Positions 28,616 through 39,648 of a stretch of DNA of 64,000 bases are shown here, one piece after another; position 1 is the stretch's first letter, and every line of letters begins with the position of its first letter. The notes under the pieces are model-generated. The model had not been told where the DNA came from. It ran no database searches and saw only the letters and a program-made list of their open reading frames with translations. A program made the position numbers and the translations under genes. The stretch is from Candidatus Poribacteria bacterium (GTDB lineage Bacteria > Poribacteria > WGA-4E > JAJDTR01): contig CBDCTK010000002.1 of the NCBI GenBank assembly GCA_965222225.1, positions 2,368,001 to 2,432,000 on the forward strand. The letters are read 5' to 3'.

Positions 28616-29518
28616 ATGAAAAAACGCTACATGACCGTGCCAAAGCGTAGCGCATGGCTATTTATCCCTCTTTGCTTTCTCGCGGCGTGTTCGGGGCAGG
28701 ATGACTTCCGTATTCCCGAAACTGTTGTCTCAATAGACCGGGAGATTCCTAGAGTTCGTTTGGCGACGTGGAATATCCGTATCTTCAGTGACAACAGCCG
28801 AGATGACCACGAGCTGAAACTAATCGCCAACGTGTTAATCGACTACGACTTCATCGCCATCGTTGAGTTGAGAGACGAAAGGGTATTGAGGCGAACAGAA
28901 AGCATGCTGGCGTTGATGGGCAGGGACTACGACTACCTGATGAGTCGTCCGGTTGGCGAGAACGTCAAGGAACGTTACGCCTTTCTGTTCGATCAGAAGC
29001 TAGTCAATGTTTTGGAAGACGGGATGGTGTTCCCCGATCCAAACGACGCCTTCCTGCGTGAGCCGTATTTCGCATCGTTCAGGGCGGGGAAATTTGACTT
29101 CACCGCAATTACGGCGCACGTGATTTGGGGGGATTCGGTGCCTCCACGTCAGCGCGAGGTGGGTGAACTAGCCAACGTGTATCAGACGGTTCAGGCGATG
29201 AACGGTGCGGAACAGGACGTGATACTGCTTGGCGATTTCAATCGCAATCCCGACGACCTGTCCGCTTATCAGCCGCTGATGTCGATCCCGACAATGTCAC
29301 ACCTGTTGAACCTGCCGCAGAAATCGCACATCAGGGATACCAGCCTATACGACAACATCTTCTTCCAATCGTTCTATGTAACCGAATACACCGGGAATAG
29401 CGGCATTGATCGGTTCGACGAGACAGATTTCGGCAACGATGACAAAGCTGCTTCACTCGCCGTGAGCGATCACCGTCCCGTGTGGGGCGAGTTTCGGATT
29501 GATAACGATGACGACTAG
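28616..29518 (+). CDS. DNase I-like endonuclease/exonuclease/phosphatase lipoprotein
   Basis: LAAC lipobox; ATWNI, E, REP, H, GDFN, YDNI and SDHRPV motifs. Confidence 0.9.
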   Translation: MKKRYMTVPKRSAWLFIPLCFLAACSGQDDFRIPETVVSIDREIPRVRLATWNIRIFSDNSRDDHELKLIANVLIDYDFIAIVELRDERVLRRTESMLALMGRDYDYLMSRPVGENVKERYAFLFDQKLVNVLEDGMVFPDPNDAFLREPYFASFRAGKFDFTAITAHVIWGDSVPPRQREVGELANVYQTVQAMNGAEQDVILLGDFNRNPDDLSAYQPLMSIPTMSHLLNLPQKSHIRDTSLYDNIFFQSFYVTEYTGNSGIDRFDETDFGNDDKAASLAVSDHRPVWGEFRIDNDDD

Positions 29519-29521
29519 CGG

Positions 29522-29608
29522 GATCAAGCGACCGAATAGGTAGGGAGCGATTAACTGAGTGGATAACGAAGGATCAAGCGAATGGCTAATGAGTGCGATA
29601 GAGATCCC
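29522..29608 (+). repeat. GATCAA element mosaic
   Basis: ~60-bp compound nearly identical to 4915-4972; full copy 29572-29608. Confidence 0.8.
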
Positions 29609-29709
29609 ATCACGCATTACGAGGCATTGACCATTCAACTGATTAAGCCCTAATTCAATTACCTCATGCGCACCTGCCCCGGCAGTGGCCCCTGGAGGTT
29701 CGAATAATT

Positions 29710-30339
29710 GTGGAAGAGCGACGCATACTTTCCGATATGGCACAACGCACACTTTTCGACCTGACACAAGATGGCTTGGTCATTGGACGAAAACTTGAGC
29801 GCATCTATCCCGACTTCGACACGCACACCTTCGTTAAGGACGTTCGGACGGAGATGGAGGGGCAAACGATTTACAACGTGACGAAAGCCGTCGGGCGCAT
29901 ATTGCGCCATCATCTGCCCAAAGACTATTCCGATGCGCTGGCTATTCTGATGACGTACGTCGACACTGAAATCCCCGCTGAACCCAGCCCGTCACCCAGT
30001 GAAGAACTTCAGACCAGCTTGAGACCCATCTCCCACTTCGTCAGCCTGCAGAGCGAAGCCGATAAGCCACAAACGATTCTCACGCACTACGTAGTTTCCT
30101 ATAAGCGCCCCACGGGCCACGTCACGCGTAAACGCTACCGCGTCAGCCAACGAAAGTTAAAACCGAAACAGAAGGTCAGTTACGATAAATCTCTTTTCCC
30201 GTTGCCATCTCTCAAGCAGTACCACGACGGAAAAGCGTGTCTGGGCTGGCACCGCTTTGAACTTGAAGTGAATGGCGACGCGATCGGAAGTTTCGATTTT
30301 GAAACAATCGCGGAAACACATCGTAGAGAATCACATTGA
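29710..30339 (+). pseudogene. DNA alkylation repair (AlkC-like) protein with apparent in-frame internal deletion
   Basis: N-terminal YPDFD..F...LP.DY..A..IL joined at PISHFV|SLQS (~30040) to the C-terminal Ig-like part (Y.V.Y.R..G, G.H.FELEVNG); central helical repeats appear absent. Confidence 0.55.
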
Positions 30340-30415
30340 TTGCGTCTGCGATGTCTTAACTTACAAATCACGAGGTAGAAACAGGCTGGAATTGTAGAAG
30401 GAAGGAGCTACTACC

Positions 30416-31150
30416 ATGACAGATGAGGAAAAATTTACCGTCGATCTTCAGGGGTACCTGGTGATAAAGGACGTGTTGACCGACGATGAAGTGAATGAGA
30501 TGAACGCCATCATTGATAAAGGAAACCTTGAAGGACCGCCAAGCCTTTGGGGATCGCCGTTTAAGCGGCTTATCGACCACCCCAAAATCCTCCCCTATCT
30601 TATCGAGCTTTTGGGTCCCTATGTTCGTCTCGACCATGATTACGCCCTGTTTATGAACGAGGGAGACAGGCGCGGCGGATTGCACGGCGGCGAGGATGGC
30701 GGGCGTCCCGGCGGTCCCGAAGGCGACCATTGGTACAGGTACAGGGATGGCGTGATGCGAAACGGTCTATGTGTGATGACATACAACTTAACCGATGCGC
30801 CCGAAGGCGCGGGCGGGTTCGCCTGCATTCCCGGGAGTCACAAGAGCAATTTCCCGACCCATGTGCCGCAGGAGGTTCGACGGTTCGAGCGGCCGGCGCA
30901 CTATGTCGTCCAACCCGCGCTTGACGCGGGTGATGTCCTGTTTTTCACCGAAGCCGTCATTCACGGAACCATGCCGTGGCAGGCGGAACACCAGCGCCGT
31001 TCCGTACTCTACAAATACAGCCCCGGGCATTCGGCGTGGTCGGGAGGTTATTACGACATCGGCAAATACGGCGAGTTGACCGAGCAACAGAAACGGATGC
31101 TCCTGCCGCCATCAATCGGCAGCCGTCCCCGCGTCGTGGATGAGAGCTGA
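30416..31150 (+). CDS. Phytanoyl-CoA dioxygenase (PhyH) family protein
   Basis: DLQGYLVI, LHGG, GGF.CIPGSHK, AGDVLFFTEA..HGT and RR...YKY. Confidence 0.9.
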   Translation: MTDEEKFTVDLQGYLVIKDVLTDDEVNEMNAIIDKGNLEGPPSLWGSPFKRLIDHPKILPYLIELLGPYVRLDHDYALFMNEGDRRGGLHGGEDGGRPGGPEGDHWYRYRDGVMRNGLCVMTYNLTDAPEGAGGFACIPGSHKSNFPTHVPQEVRRFERPAHYVVQPALDAGDVLFFTEAVIHGTMPWQAEHQRRSVLYKYSPGHSAWSGGYYDIGKYGELTEQQKRMLLPPSIGSRPRVVDES

Positions 31151-31162
31151 GTTGTAGGGTGC

Positions 31163-31393
31163 GATCAACCGAGTGAACAACGATCAAGCGACTGAATAAG
31201 GAGCGCGATAGAAATCCCGTGCGATAGAGTTCCCCTTGCCCCGCCGCCTTTGCGCGGAGACAAGGCTGCTTATTCCGCTCCACACGAGTTCCTTTACTCG
31301 ATCCACGTAATCAATGCACTTGAATTTTAGAGAAATGGTATAAATCTTGATAGAGGTCCTAGGGCGATAGAAAATCCCGTGTGATAGAGATTC
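31163..31393 (+). repeat. Nested GATCAA elements plus stacked tails
   Basis: Inner copy 31182-31218 inside outer 31163-31234; 3' tails at ~31349-31393. Confidence 0.8.
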
Positions 31394-31639
31394 TCTCCCG
31401 GTCGTAACCTCTTCTAGCGAGTTGTAGGATGGACTCTACCCGCCGTTCCCATCCAGCCGCATTCCGAGTAAACGAAGGTTTGTAGTAGCGCAATTCATTG
31501 CGCGTTCAGATTCTGGTTACGCACCTGCCATTTTCTCAACATAACTAAAAGTTCAACAAAGAACTTCAACTTCGTAAAGCCTTCTTGTAGGTTTGAAGGA
31601 TGCACTACGTAGATTAGAATTGGGGTTTTACACGCCGGT

Positions 31640-32911
31640 TTACTTTTTCTGAGTCGGCTTCCCCGTAAAGCCGTCCTTTTCAATGATAGCCATGCGTGCC
31701 ATCCGCCACTCTATGCTTTCAGGACCAGCGTCAGACCATTCCCCGGAATGCTCGATCAAAACAAAATCTTCGTCTCCCCAATCGTTATCCTTTGGCTCAT
31801 AAGGAGCCCAGTTCGTGAAGGTCACCGGCTCACCGCTTGCCCAAACCCATTCCCCCTCGTTCGCATAATCGGTTAGCCCAATCCAACAATGTTGAGGTTT
31901 GAGAGTCTTCAACAACCACTCTTGTTCAGCCGCATCGGTGATTGAGACCAGATACGCATCTTCGGCGACAGCTTGGGTGTTTGCATCATCCCAACTCTCG
32001 CAACGAATTCGCTTGTAGGCGTGTCCGTTTGCCGGATTCACCACCCACGCTCCCATATCACCCGGCAACGATGCTGTAGACGATTTCGCAGAGACTTCGA
32101 CTCGACCAGCCGCCACATCCGCGAGAGTCGGTCGCCTTTCAAGCGTGAAAATCAAATCCTCTTTGTTCTCTCCTTTTCTTAGCAGGAACGGCTCCGCTGT
32201 CGGAGTAAATCCCTGATAGTTCACCGTCACCGTGTAGAACGCCGTCTCATCCAGATGGTACACGAAGTAGCCCTCGGCGTCCGTCTCATTGGAGGAACTT
32301 GAGCTACCGCTGCCCCTCCCGTCCGGAGAGCGATGGCGCTCGCTGATGTCAATTCTCGCGCTGGAAAGGGGAGTTCCGTCGGCGAACACTATTCTCCCCC
32401 GAATGTACTGCCGAGACTTCACTCTGACTTCAACGTTCTCAATGTGCGCGTCCGGTTTGATAGCAAACACAATTCCGCCAAACGCCGATGGTTGATGATG
32501 ATACACGGTCAACGCCCCGACTTTCATGGATAGAATGTCGTGGCTAGTCCCGGAATCGTGGTCAGACTTGGAGACAAGTGCTAATCGGAGCTTCAGCGGA
32601 ACGATGTTGTGGATGGAGAAACGCCCCATTTTGTCCGTGCGTGATTCTAAGCCCGCGATGTCTCCTTGATATTGATACTCCCTACCACTAACGATCTCAA
32701 CGGATTGAAGGGGAATCGGTTCAAGGGTTAACCCCAATCCGGGGACCGGGTTGCCCATCAAATCAAGGACACGACCGGATAGTGAAGAAGTGGCTTTCAG
32801 AGCGATACTTTGTGCCGATGCCACGAGCAACAATGCCACAATGCCCGAGAATAGCCACAGGTTTTCTCGCATCGGCAGTGGGAACCAATTCTTGAAATGT
32901 GAACAGTTCAT
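31640..32911 (-). CDS. Secreted carboxypeptidase-regulatory-like + C-type lectin domain protein
   Basis: Signal-like hydrophobic segment; GRV.D..G.P and T...G.F repeats; NGHAYK..WDDA..LVSI.D.AEQ.WL..WIGL.D...EG.W.W..GE...TNW...EP. Confidence 0.85.
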   Translation of the reverse strand: MNCSHFKNWFPLPMRENLWLFSGIVALLLVASAQSIALKATSSLSGRVLDLMGNPVPGLGLTLEPIPLQSVEIVSGREYQYQGDIAGLESRTDKMGRFSIHNIVPLKLRLALVSKSDHDSGTSHDILSMKVGALTVYHHQPSAFGGIVFAIKPDAHIENVEVRVKSRQYIRGRIVFADGTPLSSARIDISERHRSPDGRGSGSSSSSNETDAEGYFVYHLDETAFYTVTVNYQGFTPTAEPFLLRKGENKEDLIFTLERRPTLADVAAGRVEVSAKSSTASLPGDMGAWVVNPANGHAYKRIRCESWDDANTQAVAEDAYLVSITDAAEQEWLLKTLKPQHCWIGLTDYANEGEWVWASGEPVTFTNWAPYEPKDNDWGDEDFVLIEHSGEWSDAGPESIEWRMARMAIIEKDGFTGKPTQKK

Positions 32912-32989
32912 GACAGATGCCCCCCTTTGGGTAGTTGGTCGTGAACGGTGCTTAAGGTTCATGTAGTTGAACAACGTGAACTTGGCGGT

Positions 32990-35221
32990 TCACCGACTCG
33001 TGGTTGGCGTCGGGGACGGACCGTCCTTTTCGATGATAGCCATTTGCGTCAGCTGCCACTCTGGGGTTTCGGAGCCAACGTCGTACCATTTCCCGTCCGA
33101 GGTGAGCCCCATGAAGACATGATCTTCTTTGCCCCAGTCGGTGTCCTTCGGCTCATTCGGAGCCCAGTTAGTGTAGGTAATCGGCTCGCCGTTTGCCCAT
33201 CGCCATTCGCCCTTTTTCTCCACATCGGTTAGTCCGATCCAATAGGGCGCGGTCCCAAAGATTTTCACAAGCCATTCCTGCTCCGCGGCATCGTTAATCG
33301 AGACCAAATGCGCCTCTTCGTTAATCGCTTGCGCTTGGGCATCTTCCCAACGCTCGCATTGAACGCTCTTATAGGCGTGTCCATTTGCAGGATTCATCAC
33401 CCATGCACCGTCACGGTTCGGCTCAACCTGATTGGGAATTGGCTTGATAGGAGTTGGCTCAATGGGAATCGGTTGGCTGTCAAGCGTGATGATCAAGTCA
33501 TCGCGCCGTTGATTAGCTCCGAGCGCAAACCGCTCCGAGCTTGCCGAAAGCCCTTGAAATTCGACCGCAACCATGTAAAACGCAGGCTTCTCCACATAGC
33601 GCACAAAGTAACCTTGATCGTCTGTTCGAGGCGCTCCTCCTCTACTCCCCGTACCCGTGCCATCAAAATCTCGATATCTTACTCTGATCTGAACTTTGGC
33701 GTTGGCAAGCGGCGTGCCATCGGCGAAAACGATTTGACCTCGAATTCGCATTCGAGGCCTCACTGTGATTTCAACATTTTCGAGATGCGTCCCCGGCTCG
33801 ATGGTAAATGTAATTCCGCCAAAAGGAGCACGTTCCGGGCTGAAGGGATAGAAAGTCATCACCCCGATGTCAATCGATAAAACTTCGGCATCGGCAAGAT
33901 TGTCTTCATTAAAATCATATGGCGGGATGTCGCCGCCATCAATATAGTTAGGTAGTGGAATGAATTGAATAGGGCCGGGTTTAACGCCAGAGATTGAAAA
34001 ACGTCCCTCTTCATCCGTATCCGATTTGAGCGTTGCCGCTTGCGCGTTTCCATTGAACTCCCCAAACATGAAGAATGGCTGAATTTCCTCATCAATGGAC
34101 ATAAGTGGTCCAACAGCTATCGGGAACCCAGCCATCGGATTTCCATCGGTGTCAACAACGCGGCCGGAAAAGGCAAGTTTATCGGAATCACTCTCCAATA
34201 CAGCCGCCGCGAATTGCGGATTAGCGCGTTTCGTGCCGCTAGCTCTGGATGTGCTCCCTCGGTCAATTGACTGACGGCTTTGCTCCGCGGAGGCGCGGCT
34301 GGAAACACCCAGCGGACGCTTCCCCGTCGGTTCCGGAATACCCGGGATTGATGCGCGCGTCGAATAAGAAACTGGCTCAAGAAGTGCGAACTCGATTGGT
34401 AATCGGCTCGTGTTTGATGTAGACAACCCGATCTGGATTGCTGACAACGCTTCCGGCAAATCGTCCCGCGATCCAATAAGTCCAATCAAGATGCACAATG
34501 CCGTAATCAGCGAAAATACGGTCTTGTCAACGGTTGCGCTGCTCCACGCAAACCCCATCGTTAGTACCGGTATATGGCGAATCTGCTCCATTATCTGCAT
34601 GAGAAAACCTCCTCTAAGTTTGTGACTCTTCAACAGTCTACCGTACTGTTCAGACAGCGCTCTACCAAGTTGCTGACGCGCGCGATGTAACTTGCCCCTC
34701 ACGGTGTTAACGGAGACGCCGAGAAACTCGGAGATTTCTTTTAGTGAACAGTCCCCCATGTAGAACATCAACACGGCGACCCGATTTTCGTCGGAAAGCG
34801 CCGCGATTGCCTGCTCAAGGTCTGCACGCCAGTCCTCAGCGGGAACGGTCTGTGCGGGTTCAACCCGTGGTTCATCGTCCGCCGCGTCCGCCAGAAGTAC
34901 TTCGCGCTGACGTGTTTTCGCAGCCCGTGCCAACCAGCGGTTGCATTCGTTGGACACGATTGTATACAGCCAGCTTCGGAACCGATGCGGGTGGCGTAGT
35001 GCATAGAGATTGCGATAGGCGCGTAGGAAAACCTCTTGCATAACATCCTGCGCATCAGCCTCGTTTCTCACCTTCTGAAAGGCGTACGCGAAGACCATCT
35101 CCTGATACCTGTGCACGAGGATACCGAAGGCATCTCGATCTCCCGCAAGTGTTCGGGAGACTATCTGTTCGTCGGCTGGATACATAACATGCACCCCATC
35201 GAAAAACGAATCCATAGCCAC
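32990..35221 (-). CDS. ECF sigma factor fused to TM + carboxypeptidase-regulatory-like + C-type lectin domains
   Basis: Sigma region 2 (DAQDVMQEVFL, FRSWLYTI) and region 4 (SLKEISEFLG..VNTV...LHRAR); TM segment; C-terminal lectin paralogous to the downstream gene; true start may be 35185. Confidence 0.88.
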   Translation of the reverse strand: MAMDSFFDGVHVMYPADEQIVSRTLAGDRDAFGILVHRYQEMVFAYAFQKVRNEADAQDVMQEVFLRAYRNLYALRHPHRFRSWLYTIVSNECNRWLARAAKTRQREVLLADAADDEPRVEPAQTVPAEDWRADLEQAIAALSDENRVAVLMFYMGDCSLKEISEFLGVSVNTVRGKLHRARQQLGRALSEQYGRLLKSHKLRGGFLMQIMEQIRHIPVLTMGFAWSSATVDKTVFSLITALCILIGLIGSRDDLPEALSAIQIGLSTSNTSRLPIEFALLEPVSYSTRASIPGIPEPTGKRPLGVSSRASAEQSRQSIDRGSTSRASGTKRANPQFAAAVLESDSDKLAFSGRVVDTDGNPMAGFPIAVGPLMSIDEEIQPFFMFGEFNGNAQAATLKSDTDEEGRFSISGVKPGPIQFIPLPNYIDGGDIPPYDFNEDNLADAEVLSIDIGVMTFYPFSPERAPFGGITFTIEPGTHLENVEITVRPRMRIRGQIVFADGTPLANAKVQIRVRYRDFDGTGTGSRGGAPRTDDQGYFVRYVEKPAFYMVAVEFQGLSASSERFALGANQRRDDLIITLDSQPIPIEPTPIKPIPNQVEPNRDGAWVMNPANGHAYKSVQCERWEDAQAQAINEEAHLVSINDAAEQEWLVKIFGTAPYWIGLTDVEKKGEWRWANGEPITYTNWAPNEPKDTDWGKEDHVFMGLTSDGKWYDVGSETPEWQLTQMAIIEKDGPSPTPTTSR

Positions 35222-35441
35222 CGCAATGGATTGAACAAAATCGTTAATTAGACCCTCGGAACGACCAAAATGTTATGCCGTAACAGAAAAAAGATTTAAG
35301 TGTCCCCCTCTGACTGAAGTTAAGCCATATCTGACAGATATGTGGGGGCGTATGGACGCTCCTTCCTAAACATGTGCACAATGCGGTGTCAGATGAATCC
35401 GTCATGACGCAAAATCACATGCACTGCGCTGTAATTTTATC

Positions 35442-35469
35442 GTAGGGAACGCAGATTTGCGTTCCCTAC
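35442..35469. repeat. REP-like palindrome gtagggaacgcagatttgcgttccctac
   Basis: Near-perfect hairpin; second copy at ~61902-61929. Confidence 0.75.
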
Positions 35470-35667
35470 TACGGCAGGAGATATAATATTGTCTTGAAGG
35501 ACTAATCCGGTAGATATTATAATACGGATTCCGCGTGTGTTTGTAATCGAATCGAATATCACTCGGTTTGAATTAGCCAATCAGAAGGAGGGACACGGGT
35601 GGCTCGAACCTAACGTCACCCACGGTGGAAGAAGGAACCAGAAAAGGCTGAAGGGAGAAAGACAACC

Positions 35668-36509
35668 ATGGGACATCCACTGCTAGAAGTTGACCGCATC
35701 GACCAAGAACCCAATCGCTATCTCCACACCATCGGCGATGTATTCGCGGTTTTTGACGAAGCAATACAGGACTCCGGGAACATCTCCTACGGTATACGGG
35801 ATGAGGGGGGACGTTATTTCGTAAAAACAGCCGGACGCCCGGATAATCCGGACCCCTATCTGAGTCACACCGAACGGGTATCCATGCTCCGCAACGCTGT
35901 CCACCTGTGGCGGGGTTGTAGGTACCATACGCTGCCGGCGCTCCATCAGGTCGTCGAGCCGCCTACTGGTCCGCTGCTAGTCTATCAATGGGTGAACGGC
36001 GAACTTGTCCGTACCGACGCTGCAACACGCGACCATCCGCAATCAACCTTTCAACGTTTTAGACAACTCCCGACCTAAGAGATTTTACACGTCCTTGACC
36101 AAGTTTACGAATTACACTATCAACTTGCACAAGTGGGTTGGATTGCGGTCGATTTCTACGACGGTTGCATGATCTACGACTTTAACCATCAGGAATTTCA
36201 CGTTGTAGACTTGGACCTTTACCGTGAGGCACCGTTTGTAAATGAGATGGGAAGGATGTTCGGCTCAACCCGCTTTTGGCACCCGAAGAGCTTGAGTTGG
36301 GTGCATCAATCGACGAACGTACCAATGTGTTCACCATGGGGCGAACCGCAGCCGTGTTTCTGTCGGATGGGACGCTAAATCGCGGACCGTTTCGCGGCAG
36401 TGATGCGCAGTACGAGGTTATACGTCGTGCCTGCCGGGACAATCGGAATGAACGCTTTGATTTGATGGGGGCATTCTATCGCGCGTGGGGGCAGGCGCGT
36501 CGCGAATAA
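35668..36509 (+). pseudogene. Ser/Thr protein kinase-like pseudogene
   Basis: FVKT, then in-frame TAA at 36076-36078; continues ...DFYDG..Y...VDLD..GSTRF; frameshift at ~36275 into APEE...TNVFTMG. Confidence 0.8.
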
Positions 36510-36537
36510 TCTCGCATGAATTGGAAGGTCCGGCAGT

Positions 36538-38894
36538 TCAATCCGCGAGGAGAGCCTGAACCCGCTCTTGAAGATTTAAGGGATAAGCGATGTCCGCGAC
36601 CTCGCCTTTCCGGTCAATGAGAATAACCGGATCGCCCCAGCCGACAGCGTAGCGGTCAAAGGTTTCGCCTCTTGCATAGATAGTCTTTGTCCTGCTGTCC
36701 AGAGCGCAACGGGGTAGATGAGCGACTTTTCTCTGATAAGACGTTTGGCAACCTCGACTTCTGCCGCGGCGGGACAAACGGCGATGCAGACAAGCCCTTT
36801 CTTCCGATAGGCTTTCTGTAAGAAATTCAACACGTCTATGCAGAGTAGGTTGTCCGAGTCTCCCAGATCCCAGAAATATAGGGCGATTGTCTTTCCCTTC
36901 AAATCTCCGATGGATACGGGGAAACCCGACAACCACTCTGCAACCTTCAACTCCGGTTCAGGCTTGCCTATCAAGGATTTGATTCGTTCCTCTGCCTCCT
37001 CCGTGTACACCTGCTGCGCTTGATGCGTTGCTCTCTGCTGCCGTGCCGACCCGCCCGGTTGCCCGGGTAGCAAGGTGATATCCGCAATTTGGGACATCTC
37101 CTTTGTCGCGGTGAACCTGCCGGTTGCCGCACCAAAATTCTCCTCCGTGTATGGGTGACCGTGAATGATGTACTCTTCGCCTATCATAAGCCTGACTTCA
37201 CGGTATCGACCATCGTTGTCCGTCACGGCAACGTTTGTGCCGACCGTTGATCTTCCCTGATTATCCCACTGGGATAGAACGATGATCACACCGGGAATCG
37301 GTTTTCCGTTTTGGTCGACCACTCGTCCGGAGACCTCAATCTGCTCGTACCGTTCCATCCGAATTTCAACCGCCCTTCCAGGCTGGACCTCCGCCTCTGC
37401 CATGCCGTGCAATCCACGTTCAACATGTTCCGCTTTGAGGAGCAGTAGCTGCCCCGCTCGAAGCCCGCGAACAATGTATTCTCCCTTTTCGTCAGATTTC
37501 ATGCCATGCAACTTGTCCATTCCCCATTGGTCAGTAATCCACGCATCCGCTACCGGCTCGCCAGCCACCGTTAATGTGCGAATAACCAACTCAATGCCCG
37601 TAGAGAATTGAAAATCAACGGTGACAGTTTCGCCCTCAATGACATCCGCACTTCTCGATACTTCGCCGATGTCTTCATAATCCCGCGGTGCACTGGCAAA
37701 TACGAGCGCCCGTCCCGGAGCGGCGTGGATTTGATAGGCGCCGGTTTCGTCCGTAGCGGCACTGTAACGCCTCCCCAGAGATTCGGGATGGGCGGCGTCG
37801 TGAAGAAAGACATTGTGGTTGGCAATCGGCTCGCCGGTGTCCGGCTCGGTCACTCGACCGGTGATAACGCCGCACCGAATTAAACTGAGGTTTACATCGG
37901 ATACGGTCTGCCCCTCAACGACCAAAATACGTCCCTTGGGTACAGCCGTCCAACCTTCGGGCGCTACGCCAAGATAGAGGTTGTACAAGCCGGGAGGCAG
38001 GTTTTTCACGACGAAAACTCCGTTTTCATCAACATTTGCGTCCTCTCTCCCATGGAACAAATCGATCCCATTGGCCATAACGGTCGCGTTTTTTACCGGC
38101 GCGCCGATATCGGCGTAACTGAGACGTCCCTTGATTCTGCCTTCGCGCTTTAGCAGTATCTCAAGCCCTTTAGCACCAACCGGCACCCCGATGCGTTCAG
38201 CCTTTGCGTACCCGGGCGCCCGGATATAGAGCATTGTCATAGCGCTTTGAGGTAGATTACGGAAAACAAACTCCCCCCTCTCATCGGTTTCGGCAGGCGG
38301 CATATGATGAAAAATGTTCAGCATGGAATAATCCACGCGATGAGGCGATGTCCGGTCTCCACTCATCAAGAGTTGAATCCTTACCTCCGAACTCAGTATG
38401 GGTTCGCTGGAGGAGTCCAGGACCCGCCCGGAGATTGTACCCGGCGCGTTGAGTTGAATCTCAATATCCGTCGTGTCGTCGAGAGGCAATTTCCGCCAAT
38501 GGTTAGCGAAATCGGCGTGTGTAATGAGGATTTTCAAGCGCCCATCCAACTTCCCAGGATCGGGACGCGGCATCTCAAAGCTGAACGTCCCATCCGTTGC
38601 TGTGCGAGTGACGAGTTGAGTGGCCTCCCAATTCACCGCGTATCGAATCTCCACATCTTCTATCGGCTCCCCCTTGTTGTTAACGACGCGACCCGAGAAG
38701 GTTAATTTTTCCGAGGCATTCTCCGCGGCTGTGGCTAAGGATTGTAGACCGAGGTTCGTTCCACCACCGCTAAGTAGTGTAAGCAAAACATAGGCACTTG
38801 CGATTAGCGGGAATAGAGTTTTGCGGACAGATGAACGCCCCACGGATGTCATCGCCGATCCCCATGTTAGCCGAATCTGCTCCGTTATCTGCAT
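36538..38894 (-). pseudogene. Carboxypeptidase-regulatory-like repeat protein with C-terminal thioredoxin-like domain; frameshifted and lacking its ECF sigma part
   Basis: Several GRV.D..G.P / TD..G.F repeats; G.P.PEL....W...LKGK...LYFW; 2-nt frameshift at ~36702 before LDSR...YAV...P.ILIDR.G; upstream remnant matches the ECF gene's sigma-TM junction. Confidence 0.75.
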
Positions 38895-39221
38895 GAGAAT
38901 ACCTCCTCTGAGATTGTGGCTCTCAACAGTCTTCCGTAGTGTTGGGACACGGCACTCCCAAGTTTGCCCTTGAAGACGAATTAGCGTGTACATAGGTTGA
39001 ATTCATGAAAGTGTGAGAAGGTGGGAAATCAGGGGAAAAACTGAAATAGGAAAAAAACTACGGGGCAATCGCGGGCAAGTGTTCTACGCATCGACCTACA
39101 ATTCTGGCAGAATCGAAATCTGATGGTTTTCAATGAAGTCAGGCATAATTCCAATTTGAAAGCGCCAGTGGCGCCGCAGGTGTAGAGAACGCTGAGTCGC
39201 CTCACATCAAAGCCCAGCGGG

Positions 39222-39291
39222 GATCAGGCGAGTGGATAGATCAAAGAAGTGAATAGCGACCGCCAAAGAGATCCCGTGCGATTGAAATCCT
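39222..39291 (+). repeat. Degenerate nested GATCAA elements
   Basis: Inner copy 39239-39275 inside an outer copy, inserted in an aaagcccagcgggg repeat. Confidence 0.7.
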
Positions 39292-39648
39292 ACAGATTGC
39301 ACTATATCGGACACCACTGACGCCTCTATCAATAGTCAAACAAATAGACCGGCGGCTGAATCTCCCGCGCTTTTCTCCAACGCTTGATTGACACCGTCTG
39401 CTATACCGCTTAAATGTGCAAAGTCGAGCTAAGAAATCTAATTCGTGAAACAAAGCGAATAACAGCATCAATCAAAAATACCCGACCACGGGACAAAAGG
39501 CAATCGGGCATTCAGAGATGACAGGTGGAGATTTACCAGTTAACCTGCTATTACACTTGACACATCTCGCAATGAACGTATAAAAGTCGTTTATACGTTT
39601 TACCCCCTTTCAAGGAATTGGCGTGAGTGTTTGTGCGCACTCGCGCCT

